A stretch of DNA of 64,000 bases from an uncultured delta proteobacterium (GCA_963737905.1 CAVTUQ010000007.1:384001-448000); one strand, 5' to 3'. Positions 10,116 through 20,761 are shown, counted from the stretch's first letter. Notes: generated from the letters alone by a model not told the origin. Translations and numbers: made by a program.

Positions 10116-11342
10116 CTATTCGCGGCGACGGTACACAAGAAGGATCATCAATCCGAGCGCGTAGCCGCCGACAAGGCTTGTAAACGCCACGCCCCAGGCG
10201 AACACGCTACGATTTCCGCCAGCGAAGTCGAGCACAGCACCGAAAATGACCGGGGCGACGAAGGCCGCACCGAAGCCAAGAAAGGAATGCGCCGCCATCG
10301 CAACGCCTCGTTGCTGCGGCTCTGCAGACGTGAGTAACCCCGCAGTAAGTGCGGCGGAATCAGCCATGATCACGAGAAAGTACACGCACGCAAGCGCAAA
10401 AACGAATGGCCCTGGTAACACGGCACCGAACCCCACCGCGCAGGCAAGGGCTGCCGACACGCTCATGATTGCGACCACAACGCGCGGCCGACCGAACCGC
10501 GCGGCGATTTCATTGCCGAGGATACTGGCAGTGGGACCGATAAGATTGATCGCCGCCGCCAATGTGGCGGCGCTCGCAAGCATCGGTTCAGCCGGAGCGC
10601 GTATAGCGCCCGCAAAGGCAAAAAACGCGACCATCCAGGAACGGAAGCCGAACAATTCCCAGCAGTGAGCGGCGTACGCGAGGATGTAGCCACCGGCAGC
10701 GCGGTTGCGGAAGACCGATCCGAAATTAAGCGACATCGAGGCGATCTCCGCTGCGGGATGCGGAGAGCGCGGCGGCATCCGCAAAAATACCAGCAGCCCC
10801 GCGGTGATCGGTCCGACGCCGGCTGCCGCGAACGCCCAGCGCCACCCGGCTGCGGTCGTAACAGCGCCAGCCATCCATAACGACAGAGCCGCGCCGACAC
10901 CGAACGTGGAGGTATAGATGGCGACCGAGCGGCTTTGATGCGGACCTTCGATATGATCGGAGAGAATTTTCAAGCCTGGCATATAAGTTCCCGCAAGGCC
11001 CGCGCCGGCAATCCCTTGCACCATGAGTGCCGACCAGAAACCATTAGCGAAGAGTGCAAATCCAAACGCAGCGACACTCGATAACATGCAGGAGAACAGA
11101 TAGATACGGCGCGCGTCGATCCGATCGGTCATGCCCGTAAGAAACGGCACGGCGGCCATATAGCCGGCATAGTACACGCCGCTAATCGTGCCCGCTTCAG
11201 AATTGCTAACGCTCCAGGTTGTAATGAGCAGAGGCAGCAACGCGGCAAAGGTGGCATAGCCGGTCATGCTCATCGCGTGCGCGCAGCTCAAAAGCAAAGT
11301 GACGCGCTGTGCCGGCAGGGAAACATGGCGCCGGGGAATCAC
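10116..11342 (-). CDS. MFS transporter
   Basis: About 12 hydrophobic segments; TDRIDARR (motif A-like), YMPGLK, HCWELFGFRSW. Confidence 0.9.
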   Translation of the reverse strand: MIPRRHVSLPAQRVTLLLSCAHAMSMTGYATFAALLPLLITTWSVSNSEAGTISGVYYAGYMAAVPFLTGMTDRIDARRIYLFSCMLSSVAAFGFALFANGFWSALMVQGIAGAGLAGTYMPGLKILSDHIEGPHQSRSVAIYTSTFGVGAALSLWMAGAVTTAAGWRWAFAAAGVGPITAGLLVFLRMPPRSPHPAAEIASMSLNFGSVFRNRAAGGYILAYAAHCWELFGFRSWMVAFFAFAGAIRAPAEPMLASAATLAAAINLIGPTASILGNEIAARFGRPRVVVAIMSVSAALACAVGFGAVLPGPFVFALACVYFLVIMADSAALTAGLLTSAEPQQRGVAMAAHSFLGFGAAFVAPVIFGAVLDFAGGNRSVFAWGVAFTSLVGGYALGLMILLVYRRRE

Positions 11343-11346
11343 GCTG

Positions 11347-12207
11347 TCAGCCGCCGAGAAATAAGCGCCCGACGTCCGGATGCTGGAGGAGGCTGTCGCC
11401 GGTATCGGCCATGGCGACCGAACCGGATATCAAGAGATAACCGATGTCGGCAAATTCCAGTCCCTTTTTGGCATTCTGCTCAACCATGACAATCGCCTTG
11501 CCCTCATCGTGTTGCAGGCCAGAGAGAATCTCGAACACCATGTCGATATAGCGCGGTTCCAGACCGATGGACGGTTCATCTACGAGTAGAATTCGTGGCT
11601 CCATGACCAGAGCCCGTCCGATCTCGAGTAGCCGCCGTTCTCCGCCGGAGAGTACGCGCGCAGGTTGCTTGCGGCGCTCGGCCAGCGGCTTATACTTTTC
11701 AAATACGCGCTCGGACGCCTCTTTTGACTGCGCCGGGCTCGCCAGCAGATAGCCGCCCATCCATAGGTTTTCTTCGACCGTCATATCGGGAAATACGGAG
11801 TTGTCCTGCAAGATATAAGCGATGCCTGCCCGCTGAAGCTTCTTATTTGCCGTGAGCCGGGTGATGTCTTCGCCACTGACGTGGATAGCGCCACTGTAGA
11901 TACGGGTGAAGCCGTAAATCGAGTGGAGCACGGTTGATTTGCCAGCGCCGTTGGGTCCGATCAGGCAAAGCGATTGTCCGCTGGCGACCTGGAGATCAAT
12001 GCCGTGGAGGATCTCCATCTTACCGTAACCCGCGTGTAGTTTTTGGATCGCAAGCAGCGGCTTGCCGGCAGCAAGCTCGGCAAGCCGGTCTTCGCTCGGG
12101 CCTTCGCCCGCGATACGCGCTGCCTGGTGCGCCACTTCATCGGCAGAAATCACGTCGTCGCCAAAGTCGGCCTCGCCATCGACAGGCGGGAGAGTTTTCG
12201 CGCTCAT
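11347..12207 (-). CDS. Branched-chain amino acid-type ABC transporter ATP-binding protein (LivF-like)
   Basis: GPNGAGKST, LSGGERR, LLVDEPS, VEQNA. Confidence 0.92.
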   Translation of the reverse strand: MSAKTLPPVDGEADFGDDVISADEVAHQAARIAGEGPSEDRLAELAAGKPLLAIQKLHAGYGKMEILHGIDLQVASGQSLCLIGPNGAGKSTVLHSIYGFTRIYSGAIHVSGEDITRLTANKKLQRAGIAYILQDNSVFPDMTVEENLWMGGYLLASPAQSKEASERVFEKYKPLAERRKQPARVLSGGERRLLEIGRALVMEPRILLVDEPSIGLEPRYIDMVFEILSGLQHDEGKAIVMVEQNAKKGLEFADIGYLLISGSVAMADTGDSLLQHPDVGRLFLGG

Positions 12208-12950
12208 TAGTGCGTCCCCAGATAGGCTTCGATCACCCGGCTGTCCTTCCTGACCTTCTCAGGCTCGCCCTCGGCGAGCAACTCACCGTGTGCGAGACAA
12301 TAAATGTATTCGGCGAGATTCATGATCACACGCATGTTGTGCTCGATCACTAGCAAAGTGATGCCGAATTCACGGTTAGCTCGACGTAACCGATTCATCA
12401 AGCCGTTGATAAGCGTCGGATTGATGCCGGCCGTCGGTTCGTCGAGGAGCAACATTCGCGGCTGATTCATCAACGCCATCGCGAGCTCGAGCAACTTTTG
12501 CTGCCCGAAGGACATGTCCCCCGCGGGCAGCAGACGCTTGGCGTACAAACCGACGAATTGCAATAATTCTTCCGCACGACGCAAATCCTGGGGCGTGGAG
12601 CGGCGCAACATCGACCACCAGCGTTGCCGGGCTCGCGGCACGCTCACGAGCATATTTTGAACGCAGGTCATCTTTTCGAAGATGCGGGTCTGCTGGAACG
12701 TGCGGAGGAGACCGAGACGGGCGATCTGGCTAACGCCGAGCGTTGCCAGCTCGTGACCTTCAAACCGAATTGAGCCGGCGTCAATCGGGTGGTAGCCGAC
12801 AATCGAGTTAAAAAGCGTGGTCTTGCCCGAGCCATTGGGTCCGATCAAGCCGACGATCTTACCTTCCGGCACTTCGAGAGTGATCTTGTCGTTCGCCACG
12901 ACGCCGCCGAAAGCTTTGGTGACGCCTCTCACTTCAAGAATGGGTTTCAC
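12207..12950 (-). CDS. Branched-chain amino acid-type ABC transporter ATP-binding protein (LivG-like)
   Basis: GPNGSGKTT, MSFGQQK, LDEPTAG, IEHNM, VIEAYLG; GTG start at 12950 assumed. Confidence 0.92.
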   Translation of the reverse strand: MKPILEVRGVTKAFGGVVANDKITLEVPEGKIVGLIGPNGSGKTTLFNSIVGYHPIDAGSIRFEGHELATLGVSQIARLGLLRTFQQTRIFEKMTCVQNMLVSVPRARQRWWSMLRRSTPQDLRRAEELLQFVGLYAKRLLPAGDMSFGQQKLLELAMALMNQPRMLLLDEPTAGINPTLINGLMNRLRRANREFGITLLVIEHNMRVIMNLAEYIYCLAHGELLAEGEPEKVRKDSRVIEAYLGTH

Positions 12951-13938
12951 TGGCGGTCTCCGGCGGTAGGATCTTCGAATCGACACGGTAACCAAATCGC
13001 TCGGGCCAGCGCTCACGCGCCCAGCCGAGAATTCCCAAAGGAAAAAAGACGACTGTCAAAGCGATCAGTAGCCCCAGAGCCACGCGTTGCCAGCCGAGAA
13101 AGTAGGTCCAGAAGACTTCCTGGGTCACATGAAAGATGACTGCGCCAATGACCGGCCCCCACAGCGTACCCTTGCCGCCCAATATCGCCATGAGCACCAT
13201 CCATACGCCGTAGGTGGAACCGGCAAAAGCGACATCCCGCGGATCGATAAAGCCGACTATATTGCCCACGACTCCGCCGGTGAGCCCGAGAAAAAACGCC
13301 GCGATGCACCATGCGGTGGTTTTGTGGCGTGTCGTGCGGATTCCTAAAGCTTCGGCCTTGTCCTCATCGTCGCGAATCGCGTTGATCGTCAAGCCGAACT
13401 GTCCGGAATACAACCAGCGCAAGACTGGGAATGTGAGCGCCGCAATGGCAAACATGAGATAATAGAAAAAAGTCTCGCGTGCTCCGGCCGGGCCGGGATA
13501 GAGCGGAGTCACCATACCCGAGCCCGCGCCGATGTAGTCCCAGCCGCTGGCAAATTCCCCCGCGGCAACCCCAAGGCCCAGCGTCCCGATGGCAAAATAG
13601 TGCCCACGCAGACCAAGGATGGCTGAACCAAGCAAGGCCGCAAGAGCGACCGCGAGCACGGCCCCCATACCCATGCCCGTGAATAACGCCGCGTAGTAGC
13701 CAAGTCCGGAATCGCGCTGAACGACCGCGCAGGCGTACATGCCGACACCGAAAAACACAATATTGCCGAACGAGTTATAACCCATCTGCCCGCCGAGAAG
13801 ATCCCACGTGAGCGCAAATACGATCATTAACCAGAGAAATGCCAACTGAGTTCGGTAATCCGGTGCCAGGACAGGCGCCGCAATGGCAACGGCAATAAGA
13901 CCAGCGTAAAGTAGAAGACCTGCGACTGTCCGGCTCAT
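12934..13938 (-). CDS. Branched-chain amino acid-type ABC permease (LivM-like)
   Basis: LRGHYFAIGTL, AIRDDEDKAEALGI, ILGGKGTLWGP. Confidence 0.92.
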   Translation of the reverse strand: MSRTVAGLLLYAGLIAVAIAAPVLAPDYRTQLAFLWLMIVFALTWDLLGGQMGYNSFGNIVFFGVGMYACAVVQRDSGLGYYAALFTGMGMGAVLAVALAALLGSAILGLRGHYFAIGTLGLGVAAGEFASGWDYIGAGSGMVTPLYPGPAGARETFFYYLMFAIAALTFPVLRWLYSGQFGLTINAIRDDEDKAEALGIRTTRHKTTAWCIAAFFLGLTGGVVGNIVGFIDPRDVAFAGSTYGVWMVLMAILGGKGTLWGPVIGAVIFHVTQEVFWTYFLGWQRVALGLLIALTVVFFPLGILGWARERWPERFGYRVDSKILPPETASETHS

Positions 13939-14834
13939 TGCAGGTATCTCCGCTCTCGACCAAGCCAGAACCGGCGCCACACCAAGATCATTACCAGCAG
14001 ACTAAAAACGAAAGCAGCCTGATATTCCGTCCCCAGAATAAAACCTGCAAAGTTCTCGGCAATGCTGAGAGCGATTCCCGCGCCAAGTACGGCGCCCACG
14101 TTACCGAGACCGGCGACGATCACGATCATAAACGATCGTAGCGTATAGGGTAATCCGAGATACGGATGAATGATCCAGGTCATCGCGACGAGCGCCCCTA
14201 CGGCGCCACAAATGGCTGCATTGAGCGCGAAAGTCCAGGCATAAACCTGGTCTGTGGCGACACCCAGAATTCGCGCGGCGCGCGCGTTCTGGGCCGTCGC
14301 GCGGATTGCCTGACCCATACGCGAGCGCTTGAGAAACAGCATTGTCACCCCGCCCACAATCAGCGCAGCAGCAAATGCGACGAGTTTAATTTCCGGAACC
14401 GTCACGAGACCACCGAATAGAAGGATCGTTTCAAGACCGGAATCCGCTGTGCGAACGTCGGCGCCGAACAACTGGTTCGCGACCTGCTGCAGTACGATAC
14501 TCAGGCCAAACGTTGCCAGGATCGAGATGAACAGGTCTTTGTCGACGACCCGGTAAATGACGGTCTTATAAAGAGCCCAGCCGAAAATAAATAACAAGAC
14601 CGCTGCGAGGGGGATGCCAAACAGTGGGTGGATTCCAGCAATATACAAATAATATGCAGTGTAACCGCCGAGCATAACGAACTCCCCCTGGGCGATGTTG
14701 ATAATATTCATTACGCCCCACACGAGAGCCATGCCGAAGGCGGCGAGCGCGAAAATCGCTCCAATCAGAAGTCCGTCCAGCAACAGCTGAACGGACAAAA
14801 TCGGCGCATTGAAAAGTAGTTCGATATTTTCCAT
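13935..14834 (-). CDS. Branched-chain amino acid-type ABC permease (LivH-like)
   Basis: WGVMNIINIAQGE, GQAIRATAQN, VAGLGN. Confidence 0.92.
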   Translation of the reverse strand: MENIELLFNAPILSVQLLLDGLLIGAIFALAAFGMALVWGVMNIINIAQGEFVMLGGYTAYYLYIAGIHPLFGIPLAAVLLFIFGWALYKTVIYRVVDKDLFISILATFGLSIVLQQVANQLFGADVRTADSGLETILLFGGLVTVPEIKLVAFAAALIVGGVTMLFLKRSRMGQAIRATAQNARAARILGVATDQVYAWTFALNAAICGAVGALVAMTWIIHPYLGLPYTLRSFMIVIVAGLGNVGAVLGAGIALSIAENFAGFILGTEYQAAFVFSLLVMILVWRRFWLGRERRYLQ

Positions 14835-14900
14835 TGCGGCAGATTTGTCCCGATCCGGCGTTCGGTTGGATCGGGACAAACGCGTCAACGGAGTCAGGTT

Positions 14901-16130
14901 TTACTTGAGCGGGAATTTGACTTCCGCTTCGGCCCATTTGGTGGGCGCCACTACCCGGTACTTACCATCCTGGATTTGGTACAGGATCATCGGTTTGGCG
15001 ATGTTCTTGCCGGTCTGGTCAAACTTGATGTGACCGTAGAAAGTCTCCATCTCGGTAGCCGCGATCGCGTCACGTAGCTTTTCCGGCTCGAAACACTGAC
15101 AGCGTTGGAACGCATCGGCGAACACCTGTACCGTAGCCGACGACTCGGCGGCCTGGTAGGGTGGCTCATATTGATACGTCTTCGCAAAAAGCTTGGCATA
15201 GTCTTCGGCTCGCCCAAATAACTTGTCCGAGTATTTCAGGCTACTGTCCCATTGCGAGGCGCATAGGAATCCTTGCGCCGCCGCGGGCATCGTCTCGGCG
15301 ACTTTAGCCGAGTCGCAGTGCGTGGTTGCCATCATCGGCGTCCGCACTTTCATCTGATTCGTTTGCCGCACGACCAACGTCGCGCCCTTTTCATGCCCCG
15401 ACACCACCAGAAGATCGGGCTTGAGCGCCTTGACCTTGGTTAAAGTCGCAGCCATGTCATTGATTTCGGGCGGCAACTTGTCGTCGATAACGATTTTCAT
15501 GCCGTACTTCTTGGCGTCTTCGACGACACCGGATCGGACGTCCCGGCTGAACGGATCGTTCTCGAATGCCATGGCGATCGTGCCCTGGTCCGGCTTCTTA
15601 CCAATGGCCGGAGCCTTCTCGGCCATGAGAGTAATCGCTGATTTGAGATAGTAATCGGTGCTGGATAGCGTAGCGAACAGATATTTGTAACCTTTATCGA
15701 ACAGCGAAAGCGCGGCTCCGTTACCTTCAATCATAGGGATCTTGTACTTCTCAGTCACCGGCGCCATTGCTGTGGTCAGTCCGGAACTATAGGGACCCAG
15801 CATGTATTTTACGTTGTCCTGGTTGATAAGACGCTCTGCAAGCTGGGCCGCGCGGGCCGGCGTAGACTCATCGTCATAGTAAACGATTTTTAGCTTATAA
15901 GTCTTGCCTGCGATCTTGAGTCCACCGCTCTCATTGATTCGTTGCACTGCCAAATCGTACCCGTGCTGTGTATTCTTGCCGTTGGTGGAATATTTGCCGG
16001 TCAGTGAAACCGCCGCGCCCAGAATTATCGTATCCCCCTCTACCTTGGCGGTCGCGTTTTCACTGCCCGCGATGAGCAGTGCGCCGGCAACGAGCGAAGC
16101 CAAACCAGTCTTAAAAATGAATTTCAGCAT
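14901..16130 (-). CDS. Amino acid ABC transporter substrate-binding protein (LivK/Peripla_BP_6 type)
   Basis: Signal peptide, LGAAVSLTG, YYDDES, MLGPYSS, ETFYGHIKFD; first gene of the liv-type operon; RBS AAGGAGG. Confidence 0.92.
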   Translation of the reverse strand: MLKFIFKTGLASLVAGALLIAGSENATAKVEGDTIILGAAVSLTGKYSTNGKNTQHGYDLAVQRINESGGLKIAGKTYKLKIVYYDDESTPARAAQLAERLINQDNVKYMLGPYSSGLTTAMAPVTEKYKIPMIEGNGAALSLFDKGYKYLFATLSSTDYYLKSAITLMAEKAPAIGKKPDQGTIAMAFENDPFSRDVRSGVVEDAKKYGMKIVIDDKLPPEINDMAATLTKVKALKPDLLVVSGHEKGATLVVRQTNQMKVRTPMMATTHCDSAKVAETMPAAAQGFLCASQWDSSLKYSDKLFGRAEDYAKLFAKTYQYEPPYQAAESSATVQVFADAFQRCQCFEPEKLRDAIAATEMETFYGHIKFDQTGKNIAKPMILYQIQDGKYRVVAPTKWAEAEVKFPLK

Positions 16131-16658
16131 GGTTTAATCCTCCTTTTAGTCGATCGTTTCGCATATGCCGTTACCATAAAAACAGCCGATAAAGAGGACC
16201 GATGCGATTTGACGGAAGATACTACCACTCGACGAAGTGCATCGCGGAGTTTCTGCGGGCTCTACTTAGAAGGGAACCTCCTAAGCCGAGATTACCAATC
16301 CAAGTATTCGTTAGCTTGCCCGGACCCTCGGCGATCGCGGAACGCACTGGCCGAGCGAATCGGTCCTGAGTCTAGGCTATCGCACGGCATGGTTAAGTCA
16401 ACTGGCCTGCTTTCAAGGCGTAGTTGACATAAAAGTGCGATAGCGAGGCGATATAGCCGTCGTTATGAAGGATTCTGCTGAACCCGACTATTCAGGAAAA
16501 TTCGGGATGATGAAACAATCGACCATAGAGAAAAAGTAGATTGTCGAATTCACGAGAGAATTTTTTTGATATCATTTTATTTTTGGCAGAAGACCATCGC
16601 GCGATTAGAGAAGTGAGACGAAAGAAGCACGGGCCAGGTTTAGTGCTTTTCTACAGCC

Positions 16659-16715
16659 GTCTCAAGTCGGCTATTTGGGTGTCAGCTGTTTAGCTGACAG
16701 GGCGACCGAGGACAA
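16659..16715. repeat. 57-bp repeat with palindromic core TGTCAGCT-GTTT-AGCTGACA, copy 1
   Basis: Nearly identical direct copy at 38102-38157; shorter core at 30251-30270. Confidence 0.85.
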
Positions 16716-16844
16716 AGATGATACGCAAATAGAAATGAGGTTAGAGAGTAAGTGATGGTGAGGAAAGATACTCCGCCAGGATGGATTTGATCGTAGGAGA
16801 AAATTGAGCTCACCGTTTGCCAGCCCAGCCGGACCATCGTTCTG

Positions 16845-17729
16845 TCAACGCGGCCTGATTGGGAACAGCCAGAATGCAAGAAAGTTGGTTGCCGCATGCA
16901 ATACAATGCACCAGATGATTCCCAAGCGTATTCTCGTAAAGGCTAAAATGAAGCCCCCGATAATCTGCGGCAACACCAACAGTGGAGCCAACACCAGAGT
17001 CTCAGCAGAAAACGATGAGAATCGGTAGTTGGTGAGGTGGAACAGCCCGAAAGCGAAGCAGCTAATGTAAACGACGGCTCTAAAGTGACCGAACCATATC
17101 CTAGTGGTAAAGCGTTTGACCGGCTCGGTCCGCAGCACAACATGTACAACGGATGCTACCAATAGCGCAAAAACTGCGCTCCATAACCACCGTGTTGCCA
17201 AGCCAAAAATTCCGAGCTTTAGAAGCAGCCGTCGGACCGTAAATAACACAACGATCAGGGCCGAGATCGTAAGATTGATTTCGCTGTATCTTAGAGGGAG
17301 CCGAAAAGTGAGTTCTTCGGCAACGGGAGCGAGTAGAACCGAGATCCAGAGACGCGATCCCGCTAGACCCACTATAGGAGACACTCCGAGATGCTTTAAT
17401 ATGGGAATGCCGACGAAGAATGCGCTGATGAGCGTAAGGAACACGTCGTACCCAAGCAAAGAGCAGCCCAGGATCAACGGGTTAGCCCCTTTCGTGACCG
17501 GTTTAGAGGGGTTGAAGCAGAATCTAGTAAGAGCTGAGATGGTGGAAATTCCGGACCTGCCACAAAGCAAGCCAAGGGACAAAAGAAGCAGCAATAACGC
17601 AAAGGCCAAGTTGCCAGCGCGCACGTATAACCCCGCACCCCATAGCCCCGCGGCCCAGCCAACAACCCAAAGCACATTCCATAAAACGCGCCATGGATAC
17701 CAGGTTGATTGTACGCGTGGCATAGCCAC
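16845..17729 (-). CDS. CPBP (Abi/CAAX, Rce1-like) intramembrane metalloprotease
   Basis: AEELTFR, FGLFH, LHAATN motifs in a multi-TM protein. Confidence 0.85.
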   Translation of the reverse strand: MAMPRVQSTWYPWRVLWNVLWVVGWAAGLWGAGLYVRAGNLAFALLLLLLSLGLLCGRSGISTISALTRFCFNPSKPVTKGANPLILGCSLLGYDVFLTLISAFFVGIPILKHLGVSPIVGLAGSRLWISVLLAPVAEELTFRLPLRYSEINLTISALIVVLFTVRRLLLKLGIFGLATRWLWSAVFALLVASVVHVVLRTEPVKRFTTRIWFGHFRAVVYISCFAFGLFHLTNYRFSSFSAETLVLAPLLVLPQIIGGFILAFTRIRLGIIWCIVLHAATNFLAFWLFPIRPR

Positions 17730-17837
17730 CCATCAAGATCAGGTAAATGATTGGATGACGATCTTACTTTAGCCGCTTCCGGTCATAATTCGTTAGAAAG
17801 AAAATTCAACCGGCATCGCCGGCTTGTTTTTCTGCCA

Positions 17838-18833
17838 TCACTTAATCACTTTATCCGCCCGCGCCAACACATTCGGCGGGATTGTAAGGCCTATCTGTTT
17901 AGCGGTTTTCAGATTGATGACGAACTCGAACTTTGTCGGTTGCTCGACTGGCAGGTCGCTGGGCTTGGCTCCCTTCAAGATTCTGTCCACGAAATAGGCG
18001 ACGCGCCGGTAACTGTCCGCGAGGTCCGCCCCGTAGTACATGAGGCCGCCGGCATCTACAGCTTCTTCGACGCCATACATCGCCGGCAGTCGGTTCTTTA
18101 ACGCAAAGCCCGCAATCCGTTGTACGTTAGCACGTATTTGCCGGCCTCCGCCGGGCACAAAGATTCCATCCGGGCGCTGCTTATTTAGGGCAGCGAATAC
18201 CTTCTCTAAACCGTCCGCATCGCGTACCTCCCAAGACTTAAGAGTCAATCCCAGCGCACGCGCCGTGACAGGGAGACCCTTTCTTACCTCGTTCGCAGTG
18301 CCCTGAGCGGCAGGATCGTAGAGAACCGCGACACTGGAAACCTTGGGAACGGCTTCTTTGAATAGCTCAAGCCGCTTACCACCTAGTTCACGGCCAAGGT
18401 TTGTGATGCCGGTAACGTTGCCACCGGGACGGGCAAGGCTTTCAACGAAGCCTGCTTTCACAGGATCAGTCCCAACGCCCACCATGACGATCGGAATCGT
18501 CTTGGTTGCATTCTTGGCTGCCCGGATCTCCGGGTCCCCTCCCGATACCACGATCAAATCAACCTTCAGACGCACCAGTTCAACGGCAAGTTCAGGAAGC
18601 CGATCGAGCTTACCTTGCGAATAGCGATAATCGAAGGCGATGTTTTGTCCTTCTGTGTAGCCAAGCTCACGTAGTGCCATCCGAATCGGCTTAGAACGCC
18701 GGAAATCAGTAGTGGGGTCGGTCGACGATAGATACCCTACTCGGGAAACTTTCTTCGGCTGCTGCGCGGCGGTGAGATTGCAAAGCGCTAAGAGCAGAGC
18801 GCCAAGCGCGAAAAGCAGGACATTTTTTCTCAT
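17838..18833 (-). CDS. ABC substrate-binding protein (ABC_sub_bind, PF04392-type), array unit
   Basis: Signal peptide; SLARPGGNVTG; [47 protein letters not shown]. Confidence 0.93.
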   Translation of the reverse strand: MRKNVLLFALGALLLALCNLTAAQQPKKVSRVGYLSSTDPTTDFRRSKPIRMALRELGYTEGQNIAFDYRYSQGKLDRLPELAVELVRLKVDLIVVSGGDPEIRAAKNATKTIPIVMVGVGTDPVKAGFVESLARPGGNVTGITNLGRELGGKRLELFKEAVPKVSSVAVLYDPAAQGTANEVRKGLPVTARALGLTLKSWEVRDADGLEKVFAALNKQRPDGIFVPGGGRQIRANVQRIAGFALKNRLPAMYGVEEAVDAGGLMYYGADLADSYRRVAYFVDRILKGAKPSDLPVEQPTKFEFVINLKTAKQIGLTIPPNVLARADKVIK

Positions 18834-18882
18834 CTGTTCTCCGGTTCTTTCCGCTTGGCTCTTTACCCCATGCGCTTTGCCG

Positions 18883-18942
18883 TCATCGGATTACCTTATC
18901 GGCTCGATACGGCACGGACTGCGAAATCGTCACGCCGACCTG
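18883..18942 (-). pseudogene. Isolated SBP 3'-end stub (QVGVTISQSVPYRADKVIR*)
   Basis: Manual translation; matches the conserved array C-terminus with no upstream coding body. Confidence 0.75.
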
Positions 18943-19010
18943 AGCTTGACTCTAACGTTGATACCGACTCCAACTTGTCTGTAATCTAATGCCATTGTAA
19001 ACTCCAAGCG

Positions 19011-19295
19011 GTGTTAATCGATGAATTGCTGTGGCCTCAGGATCGAATTAATCATATCGGTAGACACCGCGTGCGACCGGAAGAGGTTGAAGAAGTATGT
19101 TTCGGCAACCCCTGGGTACGACGCACCAAAGCAACTGGCAAAAACCCAGTTTACTATGTCCTCGGCCAAACCCGTTCTGGCCGGTACTTGTTTTGTGTTG
19201 TGGTCCAGTTTCCCAATCGCAAAGGTTTCCCGGTCACCGCTCGAGCTATGACGGAAAAAGAAAAGCGACAATTCAGGCGATGGAAAAGACAATGA
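19011..19295 (+). CDS. BrnT-like toxin
   Basis: LLW...HIGRHRVRPEEVEEV...VLGQTRSGRYLFCV...PVTARAMTEKEKRQF; ATGA overlap with the antitoxin. Confidence 0.85.
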   Translation: MLIDELLWPQDRINHIGRHRVRPEEVEEVCFGNPWVRRTKATGKNPVYYVLGQTRSGRYLFCVVVQFPNRKGFPVTARAMTEKEKRQFRRWKRQ

Positions 19296-19570
19296 AAGCA
19301 CGTAAGATCCCTTCCACTGATTCAATCGAAGAACTTGCTCGGTTCTGGGACCGCCATGACCTGACAGATTTCGAGGACCAACTTGAGGAAGTCAGTGCTC
19401 CGGTATTTACTCGTAAGTCCACCACAGCGGTGACGGTTCGATTGCGTCCTAACGAAGCCAAAGAAATCAAGCGAGTTGCCAAAACCAAACGTGTGCCAGA
19501 AGCGACGTTAATACGCCGCTGGGTCATCGAGAAACTGCGCGCCTCCGGCACGTCGTCTAGAAAGCGCTGA
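19292..19570 (+). CDS. BrnA/CopG-like RHH antitoxin
   Basis: MKARKIPSTDSIEELARFWDRHDLTDF...VTVRL...LIRRWVIEKL. Confidence 0.85.
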   Translation: MKARKIPSTDSIEELARFWDRHDLTDFEDQLEEVSAPVFTRKSTTAVTVRLRPNEAKEIKRVAKTKRVPEATLIRRWVIEKLRASGTSSRKR

Positions 19571-19613
19571 TCTTCACGGGTGGATACAACCCTAGCCTTT
19601 CGCCCCTCTTGGG

Positions 19614-19658
19614 TCACCGAATCACCCTGTCCGCTCGCGCCAATACGTTGGGTGGGAT
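19614..19658 (-). pseudogene. Isolated SBP 3'-end stub ([14 protein letters not shown])
   Basis: 45 nt fused directly to a heptad-repeat leader (…AATCTAAAATAGGTAGGCG|ATCCC). Confidence 0.8.
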
Positions 19659-19728
19659 CGCCTACCTATTTTAGATTTTCGATTTTGGATACATCAACTC
19701 CGCTCAGTACAGGTTTTAGATTGTTCGA

Positions 19729-20708
19729 TCATCGGATAACTCGATCTGCTCTGGCCAATACGTTCGGGGGTATGGTCAATCCGATCTGTTTCGCTGCTTT
19801 CAGATTGATGATGAACTCGAACTTCTTCGGCTGCTCCACCGGGAGATCGGCGGGCTTGGCACCTTTAAGAATCTTATCAACGTAAGTGGCGGCGCGTCGA
19901 AACAAGTCTGTAATGCTCACACTGTAGGTCATGAGACCACCGTCTTCGACAAATTCTCCATGGAGTGGTATATCGCCGGGATTCGGTTTTTGACCGCGAG
20001 TTCTACAACCTGTTTTCGTCCAAAAGTGATGACGGGGTTCTGCAACGTAAGAACTGCGGCAGCACGACCCTTACTCGCGCTTGGAACGCAATCTCCAAAT
20101 CTTTGGGAACTCTTACTTCTAAGTATTGAACTTGCACCCCCAGCACTCCTGCAGCGAGTTCTATGTCTTTTAACGCTTGCGTATTGCCTGGCTCGGCCGA
20201 AGTCCCGAAGACGGCTAGGCGGGAGAGTCTAGGAATAGTCTCCTTTAGAATCTCTAGTTGTTTGCCGCTTATCACTGGGGAGAGATTTGACATCCGGTAA
20301 TGTTTCCGCCAGGTCGCGCAAGGCTCGCAACAAAACCCGACCCTACGGGGTCACCTTCATTACCCATGACAATGGGAATCGTAGCTGTCGCTTCCTTGGC
20401 GGAACGGGTCGCTGCCGGACCAGCCGTGACGATGACATCAACCTTGGAACGCGCTAGTTCCACCGCGAGGCTAGTTACTTCATTCGATTTGCCCTCTCCA
20501 AACCGATACTCAATGATAATATTTTTTCCCTCCAAGTATCCAAGTTCACGCAGCCCTTCGCGGAAGGCCTCTACCCGGGCCGCCACAATAGAAGCGGAGG
20601 CCGCGCCTAGCAAAGCAATCCGAGGAATTTTCGCTGGCTGCTGCGCCCAAACTGGATCGCAAAGCGCAGGAGCAAGGGTAAGCGCAAACCAATAACTGTC
20701 TTTCTCAT
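19729..20708 (-). pseudogene. ABC substrate-binding protein (PF04392-type), multiply frameshifted array unit
   Basis: Three ORF pieces (20272..20760, 20003..20293, 19729..19932) concatenate to a full-length SBP; frameshifts may be sequencing error. Confidence 0.85.
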
Positions 20709-20761
20709 TAGGCTTTTCCCGGTGTTTTTCTTGCTCTCTGGCCCTTGCTCCTTGCTCCATG

